The translations under genes and the position numbers were made by a program. Of a DNA stretch of 64,000 nucleotides, positions 37,861-47,993 are shown in pieces (the first letter of the stretch is position 1; each line of letters opens with the position of its first letter). A model generated the notes under the pieces. It saw only the letters and a program-made list of their open reading frames with translations. It was not told where the DNA came from and ran no database searches. The stretch lies in the IMG/VR virus record IMGVR_UViG_3300024346_009227, positions 1 through 64,000 of that record, one strand, 5' to 3'. The DNA is from a virus.

Positions 37861-38247
37861 ATGAATATTTGTTCTTTCCTTGGCAAGCTAACTAGAGAAC
37901 CAGAACTTATAAAATTAAACAACGGAAAATCTGTTGTTAACTTTTGTATTTCGGTTAGAAATCCATCTAAAAATCAAGAAAAACCAGAAATGACTTTTAT
38001 TGATTGTGTTGCTTGGGAAAAAACTGCTGACTTGATAGGGAAGTATTTTAAAAAAGGCTCTAGAATTTTAGTGCATACTTCTGCTAAAACAGAAAGTTGG
38101 GTAGATAAAGAAAATGGTAAAAACAGACATAAAATAAAATTTATAGTTCAAAAATTTTGGTATGTAGATCAGAAATCAAGTGATGAAGAAGAACAACAAA
38201 CAGAAGTATTTGCAGAAGAAGAAGATTTCGGCAATCAAATACTGTAG
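37861..38247 (+). CDS. ssb: Single-stranded DNA-binding protein
   Basis: GKLTREPE, FIDCVAW, YFKKG, acidic C-terminal tail. Confidence 0.9.
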   Translation: MNICSFLGKLTREPELIKLNNGKSVVNFCISVRNPSKNQEKPEMTFIDCVAWEKTADLIGKYFKKGSRILVHTSAKTESWVDKENGKNRHKIKFIVQKFWYVDQKSSDEEEQQTEVFAEEEDFGNQIL

Positions 38248-38255
38248 GAATTAAA

Positions 38256-39755
38256 ATGTCAAAAAAACGAATACTCCTGTGTGGTGAAGCAACATTTATA
38301 AATTCTGGATATGCCAACTATGGTTGTCAGATTATGAATAGACTTTATCAAACAGGAGAATTTGAATTAGCAGAAATAGCTTCTTTTGGCAAAGAAAATT
38401 CATCAACTCAAAAACCACCTTGGAAAATATATTATCCAGAAGAAAATAAAGGTAATGGAAGATTTGGATCTTCAATTTTTGAAGATGTTCTTTTGCAATT
38501 TAAGCCAGATATAGTTTGGTCTTTTAGAGATCCTTGGGTTGATGATTTTATTGGAGATTCACCTTATAAAAGACATTTTCATTGGGCTTATATGCCAACC
38601 ATTGATTCTATTCCGTTAGATCCAGAATGGATATATACCTTAACTAAGGCAGACTCTATTTTTACATATTCAGATTGGGCATTAGATGTACTAAAAGAAA
38701 ATTATCCAAATTTAAATTTAATTTCTTCTGCTTCTCCAGCAGCAGATAAAGTATTTACTATGATTAAAGATAAAAAAGAATTTAAAAAGTCTCATGGCTT
38801 AGATCCAGATTCTTTAATAATTGGTTCTGTTATGAGAAATCAAAAAAGAAAGCTGATTCCAGATCTTTTTGATGCATTTGAAATGTTATTAGATCAAGCA
38901 CCAAAAGAAATATCTTCAAAATTAATTTTATATTTACACACTACTTATCCAGATGTTGGTTGGGATATACCAAAACTGATAGCAGAAAGACCAAAAATAT
39001 CAAAAAAACTATTTTTTACCTATAGTTGCAGGGGTTGTTTTAACATATCAATATCTAATTTTAATGGTGCAATTATAGAATGCAATTATTGCAAAAAAAC
39101 ATCTTCTTTGTTTCCCAACACAAGTTCTGGTGCAAAAAGAGACTCTATGGCAATGGTGTATAATCTAATGGATCTATATGTTCAATATTCTTGTGCAGAA
39201 GGATTTGGAATGCCATTAGTTGAAGCAGCTTCTTGTGGAGTGCCTATTTCTGCTACAGACTATAGTGCCATGTGCGATATAGTTAGAAAACTCGATGGTT
39301 TTCCAATAAAAGTACAAAGAATGCATTATGAAGTTGAAACACATAGAAAATTTGCACTTCCAGACAATCAAAATTTTGTAGATATTTGTATTAAATATTT
39401 TAAACAGCCAGAATCAGTAAGAAAATTTAAATCTAATAAAACATTAAGTTTAGCAAAAGAAAAGTATAGCTATGATGCTGTATCAGAAAAATTAAAAAAT
39501 CACTTTTTATCTTTGCCAAGCTCTAGCACATGGAATGAACCCAAAAAATATATGGATATACCTCCAGAAATATCTTTTAATAATAATTCAGATTTTTTAA
39601 AACAATTGTTAAAATGTTTTAACGATGACTTTTCTCTTTTATTTTCAAAGTTTTTAAAGAGAATGAATTATAATATGTCTTCTAAGGAAGATGTATATAA
39701 AGAAGTGGAAAAAATAATATCTAAATACAATTACTACGAATCTATAAGGAACTAA
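38256..39755 (+). CDS. Glycosyltransferase family 4 with Zn-ribbon insertion
   Basis: SGYA, RNQKRK, EGFGMPLVEA; CRGC and CNYC insertion. Confidence 0.88.
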   Translation: MSKKRILLCGEATFINSGYANYGCQIMNRLYQTGEFELAEIASFGKENSSTQKPPWKIYYPEENKGNGRFGSSIFEDVLLQFKPDIVWSFRDPWVDDFIGDSPYKRHFHWAYMPTIDSIPLDPEWIYTLTKADSIFTYSDWALDVLKENYPNLNLISSASPAADKVFTMIKDKKEFKKSHGLDPDSLIIGSVMRNQKRKLIPDLFDAFEMLLDQAPKEISSKLILYLHTTYPDVGWDIPKLIAERPKISKKLFFTYSCRGCFNISISNFNGAIIECNYCKKTSSLFPNTSSGAKRDSMAMVYNLMDLYVQYSCAEGFGMPLVEAASCGVPISATDYSAMCDIVRKLDGFPIKVQRMHYEVETHRKFALPDNQNFVDICIKYFKQPESVRKFKSNKTLSLAKEKYSYDAVSEKLKNHFLSLPSSSTWNEPKKYMDIPPEISFNNNSDFLKQLLKCFNDDFSLLFSKFLKRMNYNMSSKEDVYKEVEKIISKYNYYESIRN

Positions 39756-39756
39756 A

Positions 39757-40896
39757 ATGAAAGTTCTTTACATAGGAAATTATAGAGATGGAACTGGTTA
39801 TGGTCAAGCTGCTGAGGATTATATATTATCTTTAGATTCAGTTGGCGTGAATGTTGTTTGTAGACCATTAAAATTTAACACATTAAATCATGTTCCACAC
39901 AAAAGAGTTCAAGAATTAGAAAAAAAACCATCGGATAATTGCAATGTTGTTATTCAGCACACACTTCCAATTCATATGCAGTATGATTCAAACTTTGATT
40001 TAAACATAGCACTTTTTGCTTATGAAACATCTTCATTTAGAATGTCTGGCTGGCAAAATCATTTAAATAACATGGATTGTTGTGTTGTTATAAATAATCA
40101 AATGATTGAATCATGCAGAGACAGTGGGGTAAAAGTTCCGATATATGTTGTTCCTCACGCTAGAGATTTTTCTATTTATACTGAAAAGTTTGAAAAGCTA
40201 AAACAAGTTGAAGACAATACACTTAAAAATGACTTTATCTTTTACACTATTGGAGAGCATAAAAGAAGAAAAAATTTATCAGCATTATTAAAAGCGTATT
40301 TTTTAGAGTTTTCGAGAGATGAAAATGTTTGCTTAATAGTAAAAACAAATCATGATAACAAAGAAGATTTTACTAAATACTGTAATTCTATTTCGTCTGG
40401 ACTTAATGTAAAAAGACCAGCTAGGGTATTTTGCATAAAAGAAAGATTATCAAATAACGCAATATACAAACTACATAATTCATGCGATGCTTTTGTACAA
40501 GCATCTTATGGTGAAGCTTGGAGTATACCAGCATTTGATGCAATGGGTTTTGGAAAGACACCTATTGTAACTAATTGCTCTGGATACAAAGACTATTTGA
40601 ATGACAATGTTGGTTGGATGGTTGATTGCCACAAGGAATTTGTTTTTGGTGAAGAAAGGATTTTTGATGGCATTTACGATGGTTCTGAATATTGGTGGTC
40701 AATTGATATTCATGATCTAAGAAGGAAGATGAGAGATTGTTATTCGATGGAGGACATCAGAAAATCTAAGGCTACTTCTGCTTTAGATCGTGCCTACGAA
40801 TTCTCCCACGAAAAAGTGGGGTTAAATTTTTTAAAGGTGATTAAACATGCCTCCAAAAAAGAAAAAACAAACTTGGGTAGACATTGCAAACTATAA
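39757..40896 (+). CDS. Glycosyltransferase family 4
   Basis: GTGYG, VVPH, RRKN, EAWSIPAFDA. Confidence 0.88.
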   Translation: MKVLYIGNYRDGTGYGQAAEDYILSLDSVGVNVVCRPLKFNTLNHVPHKRVQELEKKPSDNCNVVIQHTLPIHMQYDSNFDLNIALFAYETSSFRMSGWQNHLNNMDCCVVINNQMIESCRDSGVKVPIYVVPHARDFSIYTEKFEKLKQVEDNTLKNDFIFYTIGEHKRRKNLSALLKAYFLEFSRDENVCLIVKTNHDNKEDFTKYCNSISSGLNVKRPARVFCIKERLSNNAIYKLHNSCDAFVQASYGEAWSIPAFDAMGFGKTPIVTNCSGYKDYLNDNVGWMVDCHKEFVFGEERIFDGIYDGSEYWWSIDIHDLRRKMRDCYSMEDIRKSKATSALDRAYEFSHEKVGLNFLKVIKHASKKEKTNLGRHCKL

Positions 40897-41581
40897 AGAA
40901 GAACCTACGGAGCTTTCTTGGAAGGAAGAAAGAGATAAGGCAGTTGAAGAAGAAAAAACGAATCAGATAAAAGGAAAAACAAAAAATCAAGATATCTATA
41001 TAGAGGCAATTGAAAAACACACGCTTACAATATGTTCTGGTCCTGCTGGTGCAGGAAAAACATTTATAGCATGTGGTGTTGCTGCTGGACTATTGATGCA
41101 GAAAAAAATAGAAAAAATTATTATAGCTAGACCATTAATTGAATGCGGACAAAAAATTGGTGCTTTTCCAGGCGATTTAAAAGAAAAAACCGAACCTTTT
41201 ATGGTTGCCATGCTTGAAGCAATTGGTAATTTTGTCACAAAAACAAAAATGAAAGCAATCAGAAATGATCAGATATTAGAAATATGTCCTCTTGAATTAA
41301 TGAGGGGCAGAACATTTAATGACTCTATGATTATTTTAGATGAGGCACAAAATGCCACAAGACGGCAATTGAAAATGTTTTTAACTAGGTTTGGCCAAAA
41401 TTCAAAAGTTGTTGTTTGTGGTGATCATACGCAAACAGATTTGCCTCACTATGAAGGAAATACTATGGAGTGGATTTTAGAAAAACTTAACCATAAAGAT
41501 ATTGCTAAAGTCTTCCTAACTGGTGATGATATACAAAGGCATGGTCTTATTAAATATATCGTTGAGCAGTTAGGGGAATAG
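40847..41581 (+). CDS. phoH: PhoH-like ATPase
   Basis: GPAGAGKT, ARP, PGD-x-x-EK, RGRTF, DEAQN, TRFG, GD-x-x-QTD. Confidence 0.92.
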   Translation: MPPKKKKQTWVDIANYKEEPTELSWKEERDKAVEEEKTNQIKGKTKNQDIYIEAIEKHTLTICSGPAGAGKTFIACGVAAGLLMQKKIEKIIIARPLIECGQKIGAFPGDLKEKTEPFMVAMLEAIGNFVTKTKMKAIRNDQILEICPLELMRGRTFNDSMIILDEAQNATRRQLKMFLTRFGQNSKVVVCGDHTQTDLPHYEGNTMEWILEKLNHKDIAKVFLTGDDIQRHGLIKYIVEQLGE

Positions 41582-42577
41582 ATGCATCCTGCATTAAGTA
41601 ATATAATAAGGTCATCCACTAGAAAAAGTGGAGATAGACTTAAGATACTTACATTTTCAACTCACGAAAGATATCAGTCTAATATGGCTAATATCAATGC
41701 TGATTTTTGGGTTATAAATAATCCAAAGATTAAGTCTTGGAATACTCAATATGCAGAAATACCAAAAAACCATAAGATACTAAATGATATAGAAAAAATA
41801 TCTGATATTCCAAATTATCTTAATTTTGATGCTATTCTAAGCCATGAAAAATTTATGCAGTTTGATATAGCTTTAACCATATCTAGACATTTACATATAC
41901 CCTTAATATGTTTAGAACATATATGCATGACACAAGCAAGAACGCCACTAAAGAAAAAGATTGGTAATACAAACATATTTATTTCTGAATATTCTGTAAA
42001 ATCATGGGATTTTAAAGGAGAACATGAAGTTATAAATCATGGAGTTGATACGAAAGTCTTTAATAATAAAAAAATAAAAAGAGAAAATAATATTTTAAGT
42101 GTTGTTAATGATTGGCAAAATAGAGATTATGAATGTGGATTTACATTATGGCAAAATATAACAAAAGATATGCCAGTAATTGTAATTGGCAGCAATCTTG
42201 GGCTTTCTGAACCAGCTAAAAATATCGATGATTTAGTCAATGGTTATAATAGATCTAGCATATTTTTAAATACATCAATATTTAGTCCATTGCCAACCAC
42301 TTTAATAGAAGCTATGGCATGTGGGTGCTGTGTTATTACTACTGCAAATGGTATGTGTTCAGAAATAATAAAAAATGGCGTAAACGGATTTATTTCAAAT
42401 GATGAAAATGAACTCAAGTCTTTCTTAAATAATTGTTTAAAAAATCCTTCTTTATGCAGGAAAATGGGTGATGAAGCAAGAAAGACAATACTTGAAAATT
42501 TTTCTTTAGAATCTTTTACGAATAGATGGAATGAAGTTTTACAAAAGGCAGTAACCAAAAACTGGTGGGAATTATGA
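41582..42577 (+). CDS. Glycosyltransferase family 4-like
   Basis: THERYQ, HGVDT, LIEAMACG, NGVNGF. Confidence 0.85.
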   Translation: MHPALSNIIRSSTRKSGDRLKILTFSTHERYQSNMANINADFWVINNPKIKSWNTQYAEIPKNHKILNDIEKISDIPNYLNFDAILSHEKFMQFDIALTISRHLHIPLICLEHICMTQARTPLKKKIGNTNIFISEYSVKSWDFKGEHEVINHGVDTKVFNNKKIKRENNILSVVNDWQNRDYECGFTLWQNITKDMPVIVIGSNLGLSEPAKNIDDLVNGYNRSSIFLNTSIFSPLPTTLIEAMACGCCVITTANGMCSEIIKNGVNGFISNDENELKSFLNNCLKNPSLCRKMGDEARKTILENFSLESFTNRWNEVLQKAVTKNWWEL

Positions 42578-43053
42578 AAATAAATATAGGAATACCATTC
42601 TTTAAAGAAGATGTCGAGGACAGTGAGTTTACATATATAAGCCCATTTCCAACATCGTCTGAAAGTGTTTTATATTGTCATTATCAAGATTTAAGTAAAA
42701 TTGCAGATGATGGTGAACTAGATGCTATTTCCTGCAAAAGAGTTTTAAATTTTATAAGTCATTTAGAAATAAAAGATACTATTAAACATTGGTGCAAAAA
42801 ATTAAAGCACGAAGGAAAATTATTTTTATTTTTTGAAGATATTATTGAATTATGCAGATTAATAACAATTGGATCTATTAAAGAACAAGATATTTCACAA
42901 TATGTTTATGGCGGTCAAGAAGAAGGATGGAACTTTAAAAAATCTGGATTTACAATACCTTTTATAAAAAATATACTTGTAGAAAATGGTATGATAATAG
43001 AGAATGTTAAACTTGACTCATTTTACTGTTATATAGAATCAAGGAGAAAATAA
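42574..43053 (+). CDS. Class I SAM methyltransferase-like protein, divergent
   Basis: DGELDAI, W-x-x-x-LK-x-x-G, YGGQ; glycine-rich SAM motif eroded (INIGIP). Confidence 0.55.
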   Translation: MKINIGIPFFKEDVEDSEFTYISPFPTSSESVLYCHYQDLSKIADDGELDAISCKRVLNFISHLEIKDTIKHWCKKLKHEGKLFLFFEDIIELCRLITIGSIKEQDISQYVYGGQEEGWNFKKSGFTIPFIKNILVENGMIIENVKLDSFYCYIESRRK

Positions 43054-43874
43054 TGCTAGGAAGTGTTCATACATCATGTAAAGATTGTATTTTTGCTATT
43101 TATTCTGATAAAACACAAACGGACTGCTCTTTTGATAAAATAAAAAAGCTTAAAGAAAATGGTGTTGCTGTAGATGAATCATTTGATGATGAAAAAGAAT
43201 TTTTTGTAATTAACAATCATGCTTGTATGACATATAGACCTCCAATTTTTTTAGAAGGAAAAACATTTGAAGAAGCAAAGCAGAGTGCTAGAGATAGATG
43301 TTCAGTTAGAATTGGTTGTTTAGTTATGATAAAAGAAAATCAGGAAAATTTAATTAGAATTATAGATAGCATTTGCAATCAAACCAAACAATTTAGTGAA
43401 GTAATTTTTTGTGCCAATCCAGAAGTTCAACCATCAAAAATAATGAAACTTCTTAATGATAAAAAAGTTACATTTAAGTGGTCTATTAGACATATACTTG
43501 ATAGTGAATATATTGGTGATGTTTCTATAAATGTGGCAATGCAAAAAACAAATTGTATATATATGTCTGTTTTTACTTCAGACTTTATTATTCCAAATAA
43601 ATTTGTAGAAGAAATTGATATTGCATTAAATGATGATATGCAAAGATTTTTATTGTTAGAACCAATTGATTCTAAAAATAATGGTCTTACCTTTCAATCT
43701 TTTATATTTAATTCCTTGCGTGGAAATGAAGAGGCTGTTCTTGATGATGATTCAGAAAAGTCGGCAAATAGCATTATTGAAAAAATAAAATATGTGGCTA
43801 CAACTCAAAACCTCACTTCCATGATTAAAAAGTGTGAAGATATATGTCCATGCATAGTAAACAGCCAAGAGTAA
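43053..43874 (+). CDS. Cys-containing N-terminal domain plus divergent GT-A-like domain
   Basis: CKDCIFA...C...C; IIDSICNQT...EVI GT2-like start, no DxD. Confidence 0.5.
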   Translation: MLGSVHTSCKDCIFAIYSDKTQTDCSFDKIKKLKENGVAVDESFDDEKEFFVINNHACMTYRPPIFLEGKTFEEAKQSARDRCSVRIGCLVMIKENQENLIRIIDSICNQTKQFSEVIFCANPEVQPSKIMKLLNDKKVTFKWSIRHILDSEYIGDVSINVAMQKTNCIYMSVFTSDFIIPNKFVEEIDIALNDDMQRFLLLEPIDSKNNGLTFQSFIFNSLRGNEEAVLDDDSEKSANSIIEKIKYVATTQNLTSMIKKCEDICPCIVNSQE

Positions 43875-44617
43875 CTGTAGTTGTACCAAATTACAATTAT
43901 GGTCGTTGGATAGAAAGCTGTTTAGATAGCATAGCTAATGATCCGTATGATAGCAAAAGCATTGTAGTTGTTGATGATGGATCTACAGATAACTCAGCAC
44001 AAAAAGTATATAATTTAATAACTAATCCAAAACCATTTTTAGAAAATGAAATATCTGGAATAATTGGAACATATAAAGATTATAATTTTAAAATAAAATT
44101 AATTGCTGCAAATGTATCTAGAGGCCCATCAGCAGCTAGAAATATTGGAATAAAGTCTTGTTTTAATGAAACAGATTTCTTTTCATTTATTGATTCAGAT
44201 GACATGCACATTTCTGGGAAAATAAAAAAAACAGTTAAAAAAATGATTGAGCATCAAGGTTATGTTGGAGTTGTATATTGTGATTATGAAAATTTACATG
44301 TAGATAAAAATAAAGTTGATCAACAATATAAAGAACCATTCTGTTTAGAGAGATTGCTTTTGGAGTGCATAATTCCACCACATAGTTTAGTTGCCAAGTA
44401 TGCAATTGAAGAATCAGGTTTTTTTGACGAAGAAATGCGTGTGGCAGAAGATTATGATTGGTGGATAAGAATAGCTAAAAAATTTGTTTGTTATCATATA
44501 CCAGAAAAATATGTAATCATGAGAACAGGAAAACATAATTCTTCTAATACAGTAGAAGAAAATATATGGGTTAAAAATTGGGCAAGAATAAGAGACAAAA
44601 TAAGTAATGGCTCATAA
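43844..44617 (+). CDS. Glycosyltransferase family 2
   Basis: VVVPNYN, VVDDGSTD, ARNIG, IDSDD, EDYDWW. Confidence 0.92.
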   Translation: MSMHSKQPRVTVVVPNYNYGRWIESCLDSIANDPYDSKSIVVVDDGSTDNSAQKVYNLITNPKPFLENEISGIIGTYKDYNFKIKLIAANVSRGPSAARNIGIKSCFNETDFFSFIDSDDMHISGKIKKTVKKMIEHQGYVGVVYCDYENLHVDKNKVDQQYKEPFCLERLLLECIIPPHSLVAKYAIEESGFFDEEMRVAEDYDWWIRIAKKFVCYHIPEKYVIMRTGKHNSSNTVEENIWVKNWARIRDKISNGS

Positions 44618-45293
44618 ACTTGGCGTTGTTATATTAGCTGCTGGCCTTGGCAAAAGAATGAAGGCATATGGTCCTAAATCGGCTATTGGTATATCTTCAG
44701 ATCAAACAGTTATAGGTAGACAAATAAGTATAATTCAATCATGTTTTCCAAAATATGAAATAACTGTAATAGTAGGCTTTCAAAAAGATAAAGTATTAGA
44801 AAAAATGCCATCTTTAATTTCATATATAGAGAACAAAAGCTATGAATCTACTAATACATCAATGTCTGTTAATTTAGCTTTAAGTAGAAATAACTATTCA
44901 AAACTTTTAATAATTTATGGCGATCTTGTTTTTACAGATGAAATATTTAAGGAAACGCCAAAAAATAATTCTTGGGTTGCTATAGATAATGAAAAAAATC
45001 AAAGGTCTATGGAAGTTGGAGTTAATGTAGTTGATAATAATGTGGTTCATTTTTCCTATGGCGTAAGTCCAAAGTGGGGGCATATAGCTATGCTTACTGG
45101 GAATGAACTACTTCTTTATAAAAAAATAACAAATAACGAAAGATCACATAAGAAATTTTGTTTTGAAATTTTTAATGAAATAATAGATCAATCTGGTATA
45201 TTCAAAGCTCATAGAAACAACAATTGGAAAATGGTTGAAATAGATACTTCCAAAGATATAGATAGAGCAAAGAAACTAGTGAAAAGAGGCTAA
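44607..45293 (+). CDS. Nucleotidyltransferase (LicC/sugar-phosphate type)
   Basis: ILAAGLGKRM, PK, YGD, EIDT-x-x-D. Confidence 0.85.
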   Translation: MAHKLGVVILAAGLGKRMKAYGPKSAIGISSDQTVIGRQISIIQSCFPKYEITVIVGFQKDKVLEKMPSLISYIENKSYESTNTSMSVNLALSRNNYSKLLIIYGDLVFTDEIFKETPKNNSWVAIDNEKNQRSMEVGVNVVDNNVVHFSYGVSPKWGHIAMLTGNELLLYKKITNNERSHKKFCFEIFNEIIDQSGIFKAHRNNNWKMVEIDTSKDIDRAKKLVKRG

Positions 45294-45294
45294 G

Positions 45295-46161
45295 ATGAAT
45301 ATTCTTTGTGTTCATGGAGAACAATTAAACATAGAAGAATTCTCAGGTTGGGGTAAGGCTTTTATATCTTGTGGACATGATTTCTTATTTATTAAACAAA
45401 AAGAAAAATCAATTTTAGATGCTTTTTACGAAAAAAAACCAGACTTATTTATTACATGTGAATCAGTATTTGATAGAGCCACAAAAAAAGCAATAAACCT
45501 TTATCCAAAATGCAAGGTTGTTATATTTTATAAAAACATATCTTTTTTACAAAACAAAAACTTTCATGAAAATGTTTATTGTTTTAATCAATTTGATCCA
45601 TCTATAGATATCTATCCTTTGCTCAAAGGAAAATCAAAACCAAATTTAATTTCTGACATTAATTATGTAGGCGAATATATAGATCATGATGACAATGTTA
45701 TTTTAAATACGCTTTCTGAAAATGGATTTGTTGTTAAGGTATGGGGAGATAAGAAGTGGCCTTACAGACAGTACTTAGGTAAGGCAAAGGAAAAGCTAGT
45801 TAAAGACATTATAATGTCATGTTCACTGTCTATTTCCTCTGATTTATTTTCTGGTGAAATTTGGCCTTTAAAGGTGTTCGCATCTGGAAAACCATGTATA
45901 CTGTATAGATCGGCTAAGACTAAAGATTTAATAGGTGCAGATAACTTTAATTATGAAGATGAAGAATCGTTTTTTAAAGCTATTATCGACTTGCTTCAAA
46001 ATCCAGATTCTTTAAATGACGAAGTAGAAAGAATAAATAAAGATGTAAGGAATAATCATACATCACATAATAGAGTAGCAAAACTTTTTAATCTATTGGG
46101 TATGGAACAGGAGTCAGATAAATGTCTACTGGAACTAAAGAAAATTCTAGAGAAGTATTAA
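45295..46161 (+). CDS. Divergent GT-B (CgeB-like) protein
   Basis: KPDLFI, DINYVG, VWG, NHTSHNRV C-terminal pattern. Confidence 0.6.
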   Translation: MNILCVHGEQLNIEEFSGWGKAFISCGHDFLFIKQKEKSILDAFYEKKPDLFITCESVFDRATKKAINLYPKCKVVIFYKNISFLQNKNFHENVYCFNQFDPSIDIYPLLKGKSKPNLISDINYVGEYIDHDDNVILNTLSENGFVVKVWGDKKWPYRQYLGKAKEKLVKDIIMSCSLSISSDLFSGEIWPLKVFASGKPCILYRSAKTKDLIGADNFNYEDEESFFKAIIDLLQNPDSLNDEVERINKDVRNNHTSHNRVAKLFNLLGMEQESDKCLLELKKILEKY

Positions 46162-46826
46162 GTGTAAATTTAGGTTTTGTCAAATCTTCAGATCATCTTA
46201 GAAAGTGTTTGTGGTGGATAACTAGAGACTTTACTAATACTACCTTAAAAGTAATTATAGCCATAGAAGACAATGAAACATCTAATGATATAATAGATGT
46301 TTTAGAAACATATTCAACAAGATGTTCTTGGATTGTTATTAAAACTAAACCAGAACATTTAATAGAAACATATAACTTAAAAACATATCAACAATCAAAA
46401 AGTTTAGCTCATAAAATATGCGATAAGTTTTGCACTAATAAAAAAATAATTGCAAGTCCTCAGATAATTTATGGCAATAATTGCTTCAAAGAATTTGCAG
46501 ATCAAATAAACAATGATTTTGTAAATACAATGAATTGCTATTCAATGCCACCATATGTTCAAGTTGGTCTTATGGATGCCTCTTCTAATCTTTCAAACTT
46601 TTTAATGAAAGAGTGTTTTAAATTCCCAATATACAATTTTGAATATCCAGCAAAAATAGCTGATTATACAGTTAAGTCGTTTTATAAAACCGAAGAAAAT
46701 AAAGAAGTTAAATTTTTAGATTTTAATTGTTTCTTTTTAGAAACAAATGATTCTTGCCCACAAATAGATGTTGAGCCTAACGAATCTACAATAGAACAAA
46801 GCAGTATTGTGGAGTGGTTATGTTAG
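46122..46826 (+). CDS. Hypothetical protein, possible divergent GT-A fold
   Basis: LRKCLW...VIIAIED pattern within the GT cluster. Confidence 0.45.
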   Translation: MSTGTKENSREVLSVNLGFVKSSDHLRKCLWWITRDFTNTTLKVIIAIEDNETSNDIIDVLETYSTRCSWIVIKTKPEHLIETYNLKTYQQSKSLAHKICDKFCTNKKIIASPQIIYGNNCFKEFADQINNDFVNTMNCYSMPPYVQVGLMDASSNLSNFLMKECFKFPIYNFEYPAKIADYTVKSFYKTEENKEVKFLDFNCFFLETNDSCPQIDVEPNESTIEQSSIVEWLC

Positions 46827-47560
46827 CATTTAAAATACCAAAACCAATAACTATAATCGGTGATCATACTAATAGAGCAATTAGTTTTGCATCATGTAAT
46901 TTTTGTACATGCATTAACTTTAATACTATAATTGAGCAAAAAGAACCATGTGATTCAACATTAAAGGTATTAAAGTATTTAAATTTACATAAAACTTTTG
47001 AGAAAAATATAATTATAAAAGATCTTTATCCCAATGATGACTTTGCTAAAGTTCAATCTGCTGTATTTGGTGGGTTAAATTATTTAACAATTTCAGATCA
47101 TCTTTGGTTTTCAATAAAGCTTAATTATAAAAAAGAATTTTTTGACCATATTATGCTTTATGAAATAAATAAAGATTTTTTTGAATACGATAAATCTATA
47201 GCTAAATCATTTCATAAAATGGACAACCTTGAAAAGATGGTTGGTGATTTTTATGATGCATATCAAGAAAACAATTGGTTGTTTTTAGGACAATTAATAA
47301 ACTCCTACTGGAAAATAAAAAGAGATATTGATCCAGCATCTAAAAACCCATACATAGAAAAACTCTATTCTGATTGCAGATTGAATGGTGCAATAGGTGG
47401 TAAAATGGATGGTTCTTTAATGTTGTTATTTGTAAAACCAGAAAATCAAGATTCAATAAAGTCAATAATGAAAGACCATGTTCAAATAAATAGTGGTTTA
47501 GATTTAACTGGCATAATTCATGAGGAACTATTCAGTGGAAATAGCAATTGTTGTAAATAA
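46820..47560 (+). CDS. Degenerate GHMP sugar-kinase-like protein (HddA-like)
   Basis: AISF, QSAVFGGLN, GQLINSYWKIKR, GAIGGK; both Gly-rich loops missing. Confidence 0.6.
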   Translation: MLAFKIPKPITIIGDHTNRAISFASCNFCTCINFNTIIEQKEPCDSTLKVLKYLNLHKTFEKNIIIKDLYPNDDFAKVQSAVFGGLNYLTISDHLWFSIKLNYKKEFFDHIMLYEINKDFFEYDKSIAKSFHKMDNLEKMVGDFYDAYQENNWLFLGQLINSYWKIKRDIDPASKNPYIEKLYSDCRLNGAIGGKMDGSLMLLFVKPENQDSIKSIMKDHVQINSGLDLTGIIHEELFSGNSNCCK

Positions 47561-47993
47561 AATAAGATTTAGCCAGCTTTCTTATCTTCTTACTAAACAG
47601 TCAGAAGACAACAACTTAATTGTATTTTCTCAAAGAGAATACACTATTAACGCAAACAATGGATTTTCTATCTGTATGATGTATGATTTTTGGAATTATA
47701 AAGGCAAGAACATTGTTGCTACAGATATAGATTCATGTAAACTTATCTTAAAAAACCCATCTGTAAAAAGTTTTTATTTTTATGTTTGGGATTTAGAATG
47801 GATTAGGTTTGAGTCTTTTGATTATGAAGACATTCAACAAATATATGGTAATAGCAAAATTAAACTAGTTGCTAGAAGTGATAGACACGCATTAGCGATT
47901 GAACAAGCATGGAATAAAAAATGTTTGGTGGTTGAAGACTTTAAATTAAGCGAAATATTTAGGAGCGATAAAAATGAACCAGTTAACGCATGA
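47520..47993 (+). CDS. Hypothetical protein, GT-B N-terminal-domain-like
   Basis: VATD, FYVWDLEW, ARS. Confidence 0.55.
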   Translation: MRNYSVEIAIVVNKIRFSQLSYLLTKQSEDNNLIVFSQREYTINANNGFSICMMYDFWNYKGKNIVATDIDSCKLILKNPSVKSFYFYVWDLEWIRFESFDYEDIQQIYGNSKIKLVARSDRHALAIEQAWNKKCLVVEDFKLSEIFRSDKNEPVNA

